A DNA stretch of 63,566 bases, filler included, from Craspedostauros australis (Eukaryota), in assembly GCA_030167865.1 (NCBI GenBank). It is 7 parts of 7 records of this genome, joined end to end, with 100 filler letters (N's around TTAATTAATTAA, not from the genome) between each part and the next. Parts side by side here need not be neighbours in the genome. Positions count along the whole stretch, not along the records: positions 32,132 to 46,212 come from JALAGF010005972.1; positions 46,313 to 51,812 come from JALAGF010005974.1; 5 more parts are not named here. The stretch is one strand, 5' to 3'. Positions 35,101 through 46,563 of the stretch are shown in pieces (within the stretch, counting starts at the first letter, position 1; each line of letters starts with the position of its first letter). Made by a program: the position numbers and the translations under genes. Under the pieces are notes generated by a model that saw only the letters and a program-made list of their open reading frames with translations, was not told the DNA's origin and did no database searches.

Positions 35101-37457
35101 AACCACGGATGGTGCAACAAACAACCCGCAGGCAGAGAACCAATGGTCTTTCCAAGACATCGTGGATCACGAAGGTCCCCTCCCTCAGACATCCCCATCC
35201 TACAAGGGATCAAAGTACAATGTCACTGTGCTTNNNNNNNNNNNNNNNNNNNNNNNNNNNNNNNNNNNNNNNNNNNNNNNNNNCAAAACGTCCGAACCGT
35301 TATCTGTCATTGCGAAGGACGACCCGGTCTCTTGCGCTATTTATGCGCGGAAACACGATTTGCTTGGGGTTCCCGGGTGGAAGCGTTTCTGACACATCGG
35401 TATTCGCCAACACTCGATCGCTCGTGCAATCGCCACCAACAAGGCGAACCGCAGCAATACACCCGTATTCCAATTCGGCGTTCAGGTACCGCGCAACCAC
35501 AAGGAAGCGATGATGCTTGACGCCAAGAATGGNAACACGCTGTGGGCTGATGCCGAGCGCAAGGAAATGGACCAGCTCACGAGCTACGAAACTTTCAAGA
35601 CCCTCGGATACCACGCCAAGGTACCCGATGGGTTCCAGAAGATTCGACTGCAATGGGTATACGCCGTGAAGCACGATCTGCGCCACAAGGCCAGATGTGT
35701 CGCCGGCGGTCACCTGACAGCGCCATGCAAAGACACAGCCTACGCTGGAGTCGTCAGCCTCCGTTCCCTCCGCCTCGCACTACTCGCTGGGGAGATGAAC
35801 GGGCTTCAGACCATGGTNGGCGACATCGGCAACGCGTACTTGGAAGCCTACACCAAGGAACGCATCTGCTTTGTCGCTGGAGACGAGTTCGGAGACAAGG
35901 CCGGCCACACAATGCAAATCGTCAAGGCACTCTACGGCCTCCGCACTTCCGGCGCACGCTTCCACGAAGCGCTCGCAGACACACTCAGGGACCTGCAATT
36001 CTTCCAANNNNNNNNNNNNNNNNNNNNNNNNNNNNNNNNNNNNNNNNNNNNNNNNNNNNNNNNNNNNNNNNNNCTCATGGCCACCATGAAGGACCCGCAA
36101 GCCTTCTTCGACACCCTCACTTCGGTCTACGGATACAAGCTGAAGGGCGTCGGACCCATCTCCTACCACCTCGGCGCAGACTTCGGTCGCGATAGCGATG
36201 GCACCATGAAAATGAGCCCGCAATCGTACATCAAGCGCATGCTCAGCAACTACGAGCGCATGTTCGGCTGTGCCCCCACGAAGGCCAGCTGCCCACTCGA
36301 TCATTCCGACAGCCCGGAACTCGACAAGTCGCAAAAGCTCTCCGAGATCGACAAACGCAAGTTCATGTCGCTGATCGGCGCGTTGCAATGGTGCATCACC
36401 CTTGGACGGTTCGACATCTCTGTTGCCGTCATGACCCTCGCACGCTTCCGTGCCGCCCCTCGCAAAGATCACCTCGAGCGCGCACAACGCGTCTGCAGGT
36501 ACCTGCGCAAACATCCCGATGCCGCCATCCGGTTCCGCACGGGCGTCCCAAACCACGAAGAGAGTTTTGTTGTTCCCAAACACGACTGGCTCTATTCCGT
36601 GTACGGACACACACAAGAGGAAACTGACCCAGACGTGCCCACTCCGAAAGGCGCGATCGTCCGCACCACCACCTTTGTGGATGCAAACCTCCTCCACTGC
36701 AAGGTCACCGGCAGGTCAGCAACTGGCATCCTTCACCTTGTTAACCAAACTCCCATCGAGTGGTTCAGCAAGCGCCAAGCCACTGTCAAGACTGCGACCT
36801 ACGGGTCCGAGTTCGTTGCTGCCCGACAGGCCACCGAACAGATCATCTCTCTCCGCCTCGCTCTTCGCGAAATGGGCATTCCCATCGACGGTCCCAGCTG
36901 GATGTTTGGTGATAACCAAAGCGTCATCACTTCGTCTACTGTGCCTATGAGCATGTTGTCCAAGCGGCACAATGCTCTCGCCTACCACAGAGTCCGCTCC
37001 GCAATCGCCGCCGGGGTCCTCTACTTCGTCAAAATACACGGCTCACAAAATGTGGCCGACATCATGACCAAGTTCCTACCTTGGGCATCCTTCTGGCCCC
37101 CTCGTCAAGCCCCTGCTCTTCTGGAAGGGTACCAGCCCCTCGCCGGATCGCGTCACCTGAACTGCTACCTACATCGAGACACACTTTGGGGAGTATTAGN
37201 NNNNNNNNNNNNNNNNNNNNNNNNNNNNNNNNNNNNNNNNNNNNNNNNNCATGTTGTCCAAGCGGCACAATGCTCTCGCCTACCACAGAGTCCGCTCCGC
37301 AATCGCCGCCGGGGTCCTCTACTTCGTCAAAATTCACGGCTCACAAAATGTGGCCGACATCATGACCAAGTTCCTACCTTGGGCATCCTTCTGGCCCCTC
37401 GTCAAGCCCCTACTCTTCTGGAAGGGTACCAGCCCCTCGCCGGATCGCGTCACCTGA
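32132..37457 (+). pseudogene. gag-pol polyprotein of element A with an in-frame TGA at 35390-35392
   Basis: The post-gap frame ending at 35392 and the ORF starting at 35510 are the same frame (WKRF*HIGIR...FGVQVPRNHKEAM). The correct pol end FWPLVKPLLFWKG is in the duplicate copy 37250-37457. Confidence 0.8.
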
Positions 37458-37490
37458 ACTGCTACCTACATCGAGACACACTTTGGGGAG

Positions 37491-38393
37491 TATTAGCTCA
37501 AACTAGTATTCCTATTAGTCGTGTTAAGATTTAGTCGAGTTAATCAAATGACCGACTGCTCAGAGTTTGAGCGGGAATGAAGCGTGACTCGATGTCGGTG
37601 GGATGGGGTCCCACCCTCGAATCGTGTCCTACTTAAGACGATGTCGCGTGTCCGCTGAATTTGGGTTGGGCGATCGGGCCATCCCACGCCACTTATGGGC
37701 GTGACATGATCTGTCCAGAACGGACAATCGGGTCAAACCGTTGGATGAACCTTGTTCCCCCAAATTGATCGGAAGAGAGTGAACAACAAACTCTNNNNNN
37801 NNNNNNNNNNNNNNNNNNNNNNNNNNNNNNNNNNNNNNNNNNNNACCGACTGCTCAGAGTTTGAGCGGGATTGAAGCGTGACTCAATGTCGGTGGGATGG
37901 GGTCCCACCCTCGAATCGTGCTCTACTTCAGACGATGTCGCGTGTCCGCTGAATTTGGGTTTGGGCGATCGGGCCATCCCACGCCACTTATGGGCGTGAC
38001 ATGACCTGTCCTGAACGGACAATCGGGTCAAACCGTTGGATGAACCTTGTTCCCCCAAATTGATCGGAAGAGAGTGATCAACAAACTCTCTCTCCGACCG
38101 TCACGAAATTGATGTCTCCTCTTGGAAATGGCAACATCGACACCGCGATGATTGCACGTACGGAGACTCAACGCTCCACTATACTACTACTAATAGAGAT
38201 GTTGTAGATCCAACTATAATGGATGCTGCACATCACATGCTCACAATCCTTTTGAAAGTCTCATTTGGATTCGTACAGCTCTAAAGACTAAGACACACTC
38301 TTGCAATCAAACTCACCAACCTACTGCACTACCACGGATTGATCACCCTTCGGCGTTCAGTAAGTTCACCTCGTTTTCATTATCGTTTTATCA
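37491..38393 (+). repeat. 3' LTR of element A (TATTAG...TTATCA; about 610 bp after removing a gap-flanking duplication)
   Basis: It starts immediately after the PPT. The 3' end is inferred from motifs shared with the solo LTR at 39696-40330 (CATGCTCACA, CTCACCAAC, TTGATCAC, terminal CGTTyTAwCA). Confidence 0.65.
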
Positions 38394-38509
38394 GAATGGG
38401 AAAGAGCATAGTCGTTGGGTGTGTGATGTGTGATGTGTGATGTGTGATGTGAGTTCGCTGGAGCGGACATTCTGTCCTGTCTGTTGTTGTCGGTTGGTGT
38501 GGGACGCTG

Positions 38510-38683
38510 CAAGTTAACACACACATGAATTGTCATTGAGGGTTGGAAACACAAAGGATTCAGATTATAAGGGTTATAGGGTCGTGTAGGGTCGTCAGAG
38601 AGTACACTGTTCTCCCATAGTTGGGCGATGCCCATGTTCGCACGTTAACCCCGTTTTAACCGTTTCACACGTATCCCTGTTTG
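38510..38683 (-). repeat. 3' LTR of element B
   Basis: 174-bp direct repeat of 45372-45545, preceded on the minus strand by a polypurine tract. Confidence 0.92.
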
Positions 38684-38854
38684 GTCCCCTCGATTCGCTG
38701 TGGCTCTGCTGACTGTCGGATCGTCACATTTTCGCTTCACACGGTATGTACCTGCTGCATGCCCCATGCGTGGGCACCACAGGGCGCTCATCCCATCCAC
38801 CACGGGTTGAATCCGTGGCCGACCATCCATGGGTACTGTCGCGCAGGCTGCATG

Positions 38855-41800
38855 TTAGAATAAAACACATTGTGCTTGAGTGGTTCGTCTTGGCCCTGAT
38901 TGTGGTTTGTTGAGCATGTCGGCGAGATTGGTTTCTGATGGCTCGTATGAGACGGTCATCACACCCGCCGCGATGCTCTCTCGGACAAAGTGATATGCGA
39001 TGGCGTTGGCTTTCTTTCGTAACTGTGATGCGGGGAGTGAGGCGTTGTACACAACGCTCTGGTTGTCAACGCGCATGTCCGTAGGGCCGTCCATGGGGAC
39101 GCCCATCATACGCAGCTTGTAGCGCATGCCGATGACGATCTCCGTTGCCACCTTGAGTGCGGTGAACTCGCTGCCGAATGTGGGTGTCTCGATGCTGTTT
39201 TGTTTCTTGCTGTGCCATAGGATGGGCGATGAGTTCAGATACAGTAGGACTCCGGTGCGCGATCGTCGCGTCACCCGATCACCAGCATGGTCAGCATCAA
39301 CGAAGCAAGTCATCTGGACCTCCTTTCCACGTGGTGGCGGCATGTCGTTCGGTATCTGTTCGTGGGCGTCGGCGTAGAAGTCGCCCCACTCCGGTTGTAT
39401 CACAGCAGGTTTGTCAACGTATGCATCATCAAAGACAAGACGAGAGCGATCGTGTGAGTTCAAATAGGCAAACATGTGGAAGAGCGTTCGTAGGTGACCC
39501 GTACGTGGTGCAGCACAGTATGAGGACATCATGGACGTTTCACAGCAGATGTCGATTCGGCCCAGTTCAACAGTCCAACGAAGGATGCCGATCAGCTGCT
39601 GATAGAACGCCATCTCTTCTGCGTCGCACAACGGTGTTGCATCCAATTCGGGTCGATAGTTGTTTGGTATCACGCTGGGTGCCCTTGTTTTGAGGTATTA
39701 GCGCACGCTAAATCTCTAACAATAGCGACACCCGTCGACCAATCAGAAATCTCCACTTGTCTTACTTTTTCCGTTCCGAACGGAAATTTTGGTCGAAAAT
39801 CCGTTGTGTCAAATTTGTGTCGCATTTCGCGTCGCAAGAATCGTTTTCCCTNNNNNNNNNNNNNNNNNNNNNNNNNNNNNNNNNNNNNNNNNNNNNNNNN
39901 NNNNNNNNNNNNNNNNNNNNNNNNNNNNNNNNNNNNNNNNNNNNNNNNNNNNNNNNNNNNNNNNNNNNNNNNNNNNNNNNNNNNNNNNNNNNNNNNNNNN
40001 NNNNNNNNNNNNNNNNNNNNNNNNNNNNNNNNNNNNNNNNNNNNNNNNNNNNNTTTTGTTCATTGACTTTTGCACCTCATCTTCACGCAGTAACACGCAC
40101 ATTTGCCGTGTTGTCTCCGTGTTAATTTCACTTGCAATTTTTGCATGAGACCTGTCATGTCTCTCTCATGCTCACAGTTCCAAGAAGACAATCTTGTGAG
40201 CTCGACAGCATTCCTACTACCATACGAATAATACAGTAAACAAACACTCTCCTCACCAACAACAACGACTTGATCACTCTACGTTCTCGGTGCGGTATCC
40301 TTCGTACCCATCTACGATTACGTTCTAACATGAGGCGTCCCTGTCGGTCTGTGAGCCACTTCGTCACGATTTTGATGGCGGCTCGTATGTATGCTTGTGA
40401 TCCCCTGCTCCATTTGGGACGTGTTGCATCAGAATCAATGTGATAGGGCGCGATAGTGGAGCCAAGGTAAGTAGTAGGAGGGCCGATAGAACCCGGTTTG
40501 AGGAAGAGTGTGAGTCGATTGCATCTAGGATGCGCTGGGGTTGTTTCGACACGGCAAGGATGTCGTCTGTATACACAAGCACGTATTCATAATACTCTGA
40601 CCCATCGCTCGCCACAGCCGGTTTCATCCAGACGTCGCTGTCTGCGCGGCAGGATGTGTATCCCATCGAATCGCGCAGTGTCTCAGCCAGATGCGCGCGC
40701 CAAGCGGCTCCGCTGGATTTCAGGCCATACAAGGCCCGACAGATGACGGCAATCTTGCCTTGATCGGACCCGAACTCGGGCCCGCATCGTGTGTATATTC
40801 GTTCTCTGCACGGTGTGTTTAGGTATGCGTTCTGGACGTCAGCTGCCAGTATGTTGCAATCATTGAGTGCGGCAAGCATGAATGCAATGCGCACGCTCTC
40901 GCGTGACACCACACTCGCATAGGTGATGGCCGCTGGTGCCTCTGTCATGTGGCCACCAGCCACCAATCGTGCTTTTCGTGTGAGGTCGACCTTCACTGCG
41001 AAGATCATGTGACACTCCATGTATTGGTGTCCGATTGGGTTGGGTGTGTCGGCTTCTTTGATATCGAAGGCAGGGCGCACGGCTTTCATCTCCTTTTCGA
41101 TCGCCTTACGCCACATGTCAGTGCCCGATTCCGCATCGATGGCAAGCGCATGTCGCACGGAGGTCGGTAGCGCAACACCGAACATCTCTTGTTTGCGCAC
41201 TTGTCTCCGTTTGGTTGCCATGATGATGCGTTGTCGCTTGCGGAGGGTGTGTGGCACCCACCACTTGAACGCTGGTTCATTGATAAGGAGATTGGCCTCC
41301 GCGTACTCAGCAACACGGACGGGGTCGGCCTCCTTCGCATCTCGTAAATGTATCCATGAGGTTGACCCGTCTTTCCAACGTATGCACAGTTTCCATCCTT
41401 TCGTGGATTTCGTTTTGTGAGAAGCAAAAGAGACAGAGGGTAAGCGTTTGTGGTCGATGATCTCGTCCATGAGGACGGTCTCGTATCCATCATCGTCGAC
41501 ACGAGCATAGATGTTTTCTGCGATCTGGTTGGCACTGAATGCCTCTTGATGCCCGTCGAGGAATTCGACCTTGTAGCGTGATGTGTCGAGAATCGGATTG
41601 TCGTGCGAATGGCCGATGAGGTTGCCATCTGCGTCTCGTTTCCTTCGCTTCACAGTACCGAATCGCATCTCGTCCCCTGTTGGCAGGACGACCTTCGCTG
41701 TAATGTATCGATCATACACTTCACTGGCGACGTCTTCGGGTTCGACGATGGGTTCCAGTGGCTCTGTGTTCTGTAGGTAGGCGATGTCGGCGGCGGTGTC

Positions 41801-43399
41801 ATCGACTTTGTCGCCGTCGTCATCTGGTTCCATGCCTTCCATGCGTTTGTTCCATTTGGTGCTCAGTTTGGTCATGAAATCGGTTTGCTTTTGCTTGAGC
41901 ACGTCATCGTTTGTATCATCATGTGAGAGAGGCAAGACAGAGGATTTGGAAACAACGACGCCATTGGCGGTGAGTATGTACGAGCACATGGCCTCGCCAA
42001 CAGAACGGCTTGGCCCCAAATAACGCCCGAGTTGCTTCACGTTCATGGAGGCATCCTGTATGTTGATGTACCAGACGAAGTCAAACCATGCAAATTCGGC
42101 AATGTGTGAGATGTCGGCAGTGTCGCCAGACAGGATGGTAGCAGGCGTCTCTCCATGCAGATCGTATACGGATAACGCCGTGTGACTTCGGATCTCCGCA
42201 CAGTATTCAAAGCAATAGTCCCACAGGTATTTGGGCGTGTTGGTGGATGTCATCAGTCTGCGATAGTGACGACGCAGTTCGCGGATGGTTGCCTCCGCAC
42301 GGTTTTGGTTGTGTATGTACGCCTCGATTGGGCGTATGGACACTTGTGCCTTGTGCAACTTGCGGCGGAACTCGCCAGCCACAAGCTCTTTCGCGTTGTC
42401 AGGTATGATTGTGTGAGGAATGCCGTGGTCACGAAACATCTCATCAAGGGTGCGGTGTGCGTTCTTGCGTTCCGTCATCGGATACACACGAACCCAGTGG
42501 AATGGTGTGCAATATATCATCGCACATTTGTTGCCACGGATTGATTTTGTCTTCGCGTGCATGGTGTTGGCATACACTTGTGTATTCAGGCGACGATAGC
42601 GCAGTTGCATGGCATACAGATTGAGTCGTCGTGTGCCTGTGGTGTTACGGAAGTCGCGCATAGCAAGATGCGTTGTGACCTGCAACGTTCGTGTAGCCGC
42701 GTCAACGCCGATACGCCAGCGTCGTGCCAGTGCTTCTGGGGTGATCGTCTCCTTTCGGTTGGAGGACTGCGTTCCGCTCACCGCCTTGATGTCACGTAGG
42801 ATGGTTGGCGACATGGGCGTTTGTGTTGTTGGGATGGACGCCCTGATGGCGTCCTCATCGTCCCCTGCTGACCAGTGTGCTGGATCCCATGTGGACTCCT
42901 GTGTCATCATGACATGGATGCAATCATGGTCGGATTGGACTTCTTGTCGTGTCGGTTTTCTTGTGTGGAAGTACAATATGGTACCACGTAGTCGGAGCGG
43001 GATGTGGAGGTTGTTAAGGGAGGAGATCACTGAGTGATCCTCCGGTTTCCGTTCATCCTCATTGATCATGAGTAATGGAACATCATTAATAACAACACCA
43101 GCAGCTCGCATCTGATTCAGGCACAATAACGGGTGCTCAAGACGAGGAAAGTAGATCGATTGTGGAAAGAAAAGGACGAATGTTTGGTATGTTACAGGAT
43201 CATCATATGCTATTGCTGCTGTGACGATTGGCACATTGTCGATGTTCCCGAGTGAGTCAAGAAAGGGGGTTGCAGTCACAGTTTGATTCGTGGTGTGCAC
43301 AATGTATGCTGTGTCGCCAAAGCAACATGTGTCAGCGTGTGAGTCAAGCTCCGCTCGCGGCGTGTCAGATGACAGAGAGAGATGGACAGATGTAATCTG
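38855..43399 (-). pseudogene. pol of element B (PR-INT-chromo-RT-RH), frameshifted near 40505 and interrupted by a solo LTR
   Basis: After AIDSH the RT continues in another frame (FLKPGSIGPPTTYLGS...KWLTDRQGR). Excising 39696-40330 plus one TSD restores QGRLKTRAPSVIPNNYRPELD. The first catalytic Asp of the integrase reads Asn (VYANT). Confidence 0.88.
39696..40330 (+). mobile_element. Solo LTR (or gap-collapsed LTR element) inserted into the RT of element B, 5-bp TSD TGAGG
   Basis: TGAGG at 39691-39695 and 40331-40335. Termini are TATTAG...CTAACA. Its removal restores the host reading frame. Confidence 0.88.
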
Positions 43400-43420
43400 T
43401 CAGTTCCCTCCGTGCTGTGA

Positions 43421-44902
43421 TCAGGAACGATTGTTTTGGTTGCGGCGAGACATCATAGAACCGATACCAGCGGTTTGATTGGTACCAGTGTTGTTGTTCT
43501 GGCTTGGTGGGGTAGTAGGCCCATAATGGCCATCCGTATCCTCACGGGAACGTTTGGACGGAGTGCCCTGGCCAACAGACATCACACCACGACGCTTGTC
43601 ACGTGCGCCGCGCAACTCCAATGCGCGTGCCTTTTGGGCGGACGACATGACGGCCCACTCCTCAGGGAGATAGTGACAGTCAGTGATGACCATATTGGGA
43701 TTGTATTGTTTGGTCCGTCCTTGACCTCCACGTCCTGGTTTGTTGGCTCTGTAATGGCCGCCTCGGCCGCTGCTGTTGTTGTTGCGTCCCATGGACGAGA
43801 TTTGACGCGTGGGAGTCGATGCCTGTTTTCGGCCGATCACCTCGCTGAGTGCGTTCACGGTGGCAGGGAAGCTGGTACGGATGCTGTCGTTGAGCATGAT
43901 CGCGTCACACGCGGTGGTCAAATGTGGCACACGAATGCCATGCATCAGATGCCGGACTTTGGCGTCCTTGACAAGCGGTTCACCACATGCAGCCATGTCT
44001 TCAAAGGCAGAGTTCAAGCGTTAGGTGTACGTTTCGAATGTGAAGTTGCGTGACTTGCCATCGTAGAAGGTGTTGTTGATGATGCCGGTCGCGGTTGCCT
44101 TGGTTCGGACTTGATAGGAGTCACCGCGGTAGTGTTCTTGGAGTGTCAGGTATGCGGTGCGTCCATCTCTGGATCGCTCATTACCCTACACCCAGTTCCA
44201 TGCTGGTCCACCGTGGGTCACATGGCGAATGACCTGCCATACGGCCGCATTGTCCGCTTTGTGTTTGAGGCCTACATGGGCAGCTCGGTCAATGAGCTCC
44301 TCTTTGAGGGACGGAGTGCCGAAGGGAGTGTTGACAGCTGGCATTCTGTCTTCAGGTTTGAGAGGGTTTTCGCGGATGATGTACGACAAGGGGATGTCGC
44401 TTGCGCCCAGTGTATTCTCAAGGTAGTTCGCGATGTCCTCGAGAGTCTCGCGGACGTTATCCACGCAAGTGAGGGGATCGGGCAGGTCCATCGATGGTGC
44501 GCCCTTTGCACGGACTTCCTCTTCAAAGAGGGACCAGAGAGCGTTGAGGCGCTCAATCGGTGCTTCGGCAGCAGTGAAGGGACATTGGATACGATCAAAA
44601 TGGAAGCACAGATAGCGGAGCTTTCGAAGCTTCAGTTCGTGCACCCATCCGATGGTAACTCCAGGATCCTTGATCTGTGCCGGAGTGATGGATCGGTTGC
44701 CTGATGTCTGTGCTGGGTTGGCGACGAGGCCGCTTCCCTTACGGATACGATCGCAGAGCTTCTCCAAGTTGCTATCGGAGAACATCAGAAGGTCTTCGAA
44801 GGTGTTGAGTCCTTGTGCACTGAGTGCCTCACCGATGTCGGCCTTGATGAAACCCATGACGTTGGTAAGGTAGTTGCAGATCTCGTCGCTGTTGGTCAAC
44901 AT
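43421..44902 (-). pseudogene. gag of element B with two internal stops (TAG 44186-44188, TAA near 44021)
   Basis: One continuous frame reads MLTNSDEIC...IPLSYIIR...AWNWV*GNERSRDGRTAYLTL...FYDGKSRNFTFETYT*RLNSAFEDM...RNQNNRS*. Confidence 0.85.
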
Positions 44903-45371
44903 GTTGGATGCTGTATGGTTGTTGAGTGCAAGAAGGGGAAAGTAAAGCAACAAGATGTTGAGTTGTGACAGAAAGCTCCGCTGGGACAAGGCGTGCTTCG
45001 TCGTGTGAGTTTTTCGGCTTGTGTGTGTTGGTGTTTTCGACCCACGGTGAGAAGCACGGATGTGGCGACGAGGCACACGATCTTTCACTCAGTAGGAGCG
45101 CGTGTCTCAGTAGGGGTTCCGCGTGGCCTGCGGTTGGTGCGTCCACCTTGTCTTGCCATCCACACCACGCCAAAGCGAACGGGGGAGTACATCCCTCTGG
45201 CACCGGCCAACATGCACCAGAACATCATTGTCAAAGGGGATGCAACACGATTCCAAGCTGTGCCGGCTCACGGCGGTCCACCCTCGGAGCGGGGTNNNNN
45301 NNNNNNNNNNNNNNNNNNNNNNNNNNNNNNNNNNNNNNNNNNNNNNNNNNNNNNNNNNNNNNNNNNNNNNN

Positions 45372-45545
45372 CAAGTTAACACACACATGAATTGTCATTG
45401 AGGGTTGGAAACACAAAGGATTCAGATTATAAGGGTTATAGGGTCGTGTAGGGTCCTCAGAGAGTACACTGTTCTCCCATAGTTGGGCGATGCCCGCGTT
45501 CGCACGTTAACCCCGTTTTAACCGTTTCACACGTATCCCTGTTTG
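45372..45545 (-). repeat. 5' LTR of element B
   Basis: Direct repeat of 38510-38683. The PBS would fall in the adjacent N gap. Confidence 0.92.
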
Positions 45546-46563
45546 GCTGGATCGTTGGTCCATGAATCTGTCATTTGTGATCTTGTCGTGTTGTTTTCTT
45601 GATTTTCGGACAAACTTTGGTTCTTCGTTGTTCGTTTGTTCAATGTAATTTGTCCTTGCGAGCAACAAACGACATTTGCACTTAACCATTGACGATTCCC
45701 ATCCAATCAGATTCGACCAAAGTGCGCCAATTTCACACCCACATTTTCGATCAAGACAACAAAACTGGATCGGGCATCGACCAAGGGATGCAGTCTATTG
45801 TCAAGTATGAGACAAGTAGATGACGCCAAGTCGATCTTCGAACCATGATGGAACCACAAAAGTGCAGCGCTCACAATGGTGCAGGAGCGCGTCCATAGTT
45901 CCACATATTTCGGAAGCCGCTGCAATTAGCCCACTGCTGTCGCTGATCGTCAATTCTGTTGCTTGAGTCGTTGGCCTCGTGATGCAAAGCGGTAGGACAT
46001 CATGCCCCGCACCATCTCCAGCATCCGGGTCATCCGCAAACCTGCGTAGCTTGCTGAATCAATGCCATGTTCATCTCCTTCCATTGGTGGAATTCGAAAA
46101 GGCCAACACCACACAGATTCGCGAGCACTTGAAAGTCAACACACAGTCTGCCAGAGTCCGGAGCCCTCGCAAGAGGATTGCGAGCAACATCAATTCGGAG
46201 CGTGTAGATCGCNNNNNNNNNNNNNNNNNNNNNNNNNNNNNNNNNNNNNNNNNNNNTTAATTAATTAANNNNNNNNNNNNNNNNNNNNNNNNNNNNNNNN
46301 NNNNNNNNNNNNCTTTGGGTTGGCACGTTCACTACTTTTGCAGATGCTTGCTGTGCTTTCTCATCATCTGCCTTTGGTGCTGCTTTGCAGGTAATTGTGC
46401 TTTGCATATTTCAGTTGGGCGGAAGGCACCATTTGGAGACGATGATGAGATCATCATCCGTCGTTGGCTCAAGCCCTTCAAGACTTGGGTTTGGCGTGGA
46501 GCTGATCCGGTCAGAGAAGTGGGTCGTTCCCTTGGTGCCGCTGCCGCTGAGCAGACAAGCCGC

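Larger units (their letters stand above)
32132..38393 (+). mobile_element. Ty1/Copia LTR retrotransposon of diatom (CoDi-like) type, element A, 5'-truncated by the contig edge
   Basis: Domain order is gag - protease (LIDSGANGG) - integrase (DTFF, MSDNAKSE, QNGAERRI) - chromo-like domain - RT (KARCVAGGH, DIGNAYL, KALYGL) - RNase H (FVDAN, YGSEF, GDNQSV, NVADIMTK). A PPT (TTTGGGGAG, 37482-37490) precedes the 3' LTR. Confidence 0.93.
38510..45545 (-). mobile_element. Full-length but decayed Ty1/Copia (CoDi-like) element B with 174-bp LTRs
   Basis: Direct repeats at 38510-38683 and 45372-45545 (3 mismatches), flanked by GCTG on both sides. PPT GAGGGGAC on the minus strand near 38684-38691. Domains: gag, protease ELDSHADT, integrase IPDNAKE/QNRAE, RT KARLVAGGH/DVQNAYL/YTDD, RNase H FVDADHAG/GSEF/DNQSV. 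Confidence 0.95.

Noticed and set aside
35390..35392. In-frame TGA in element A as a selenocysteine or readthrough site
   Set aside because: It lies in a linker at a plausible CGA position, no stimulatory structure was noticed, and the element shows other CpG-type decay.
36952..38089. Duplicated pol end/PPT and duplicated LTR segment, including an apparent frameshift near 37100
   Set aside because: Both duplications flank 50-N gaps. The extra C lies in a homopolymer and is absent from the second copy, so this is collapsed copies or sequencing error.
38421..38448. Short microsatellites: (GTGTGAT)4 here, also (GA)n near 13065, (GAGTT)n near 30427 and (TTGTGC)n near 49127
   Set aside because: Ordinary intergenic simple repeats, not telomeric arrays.
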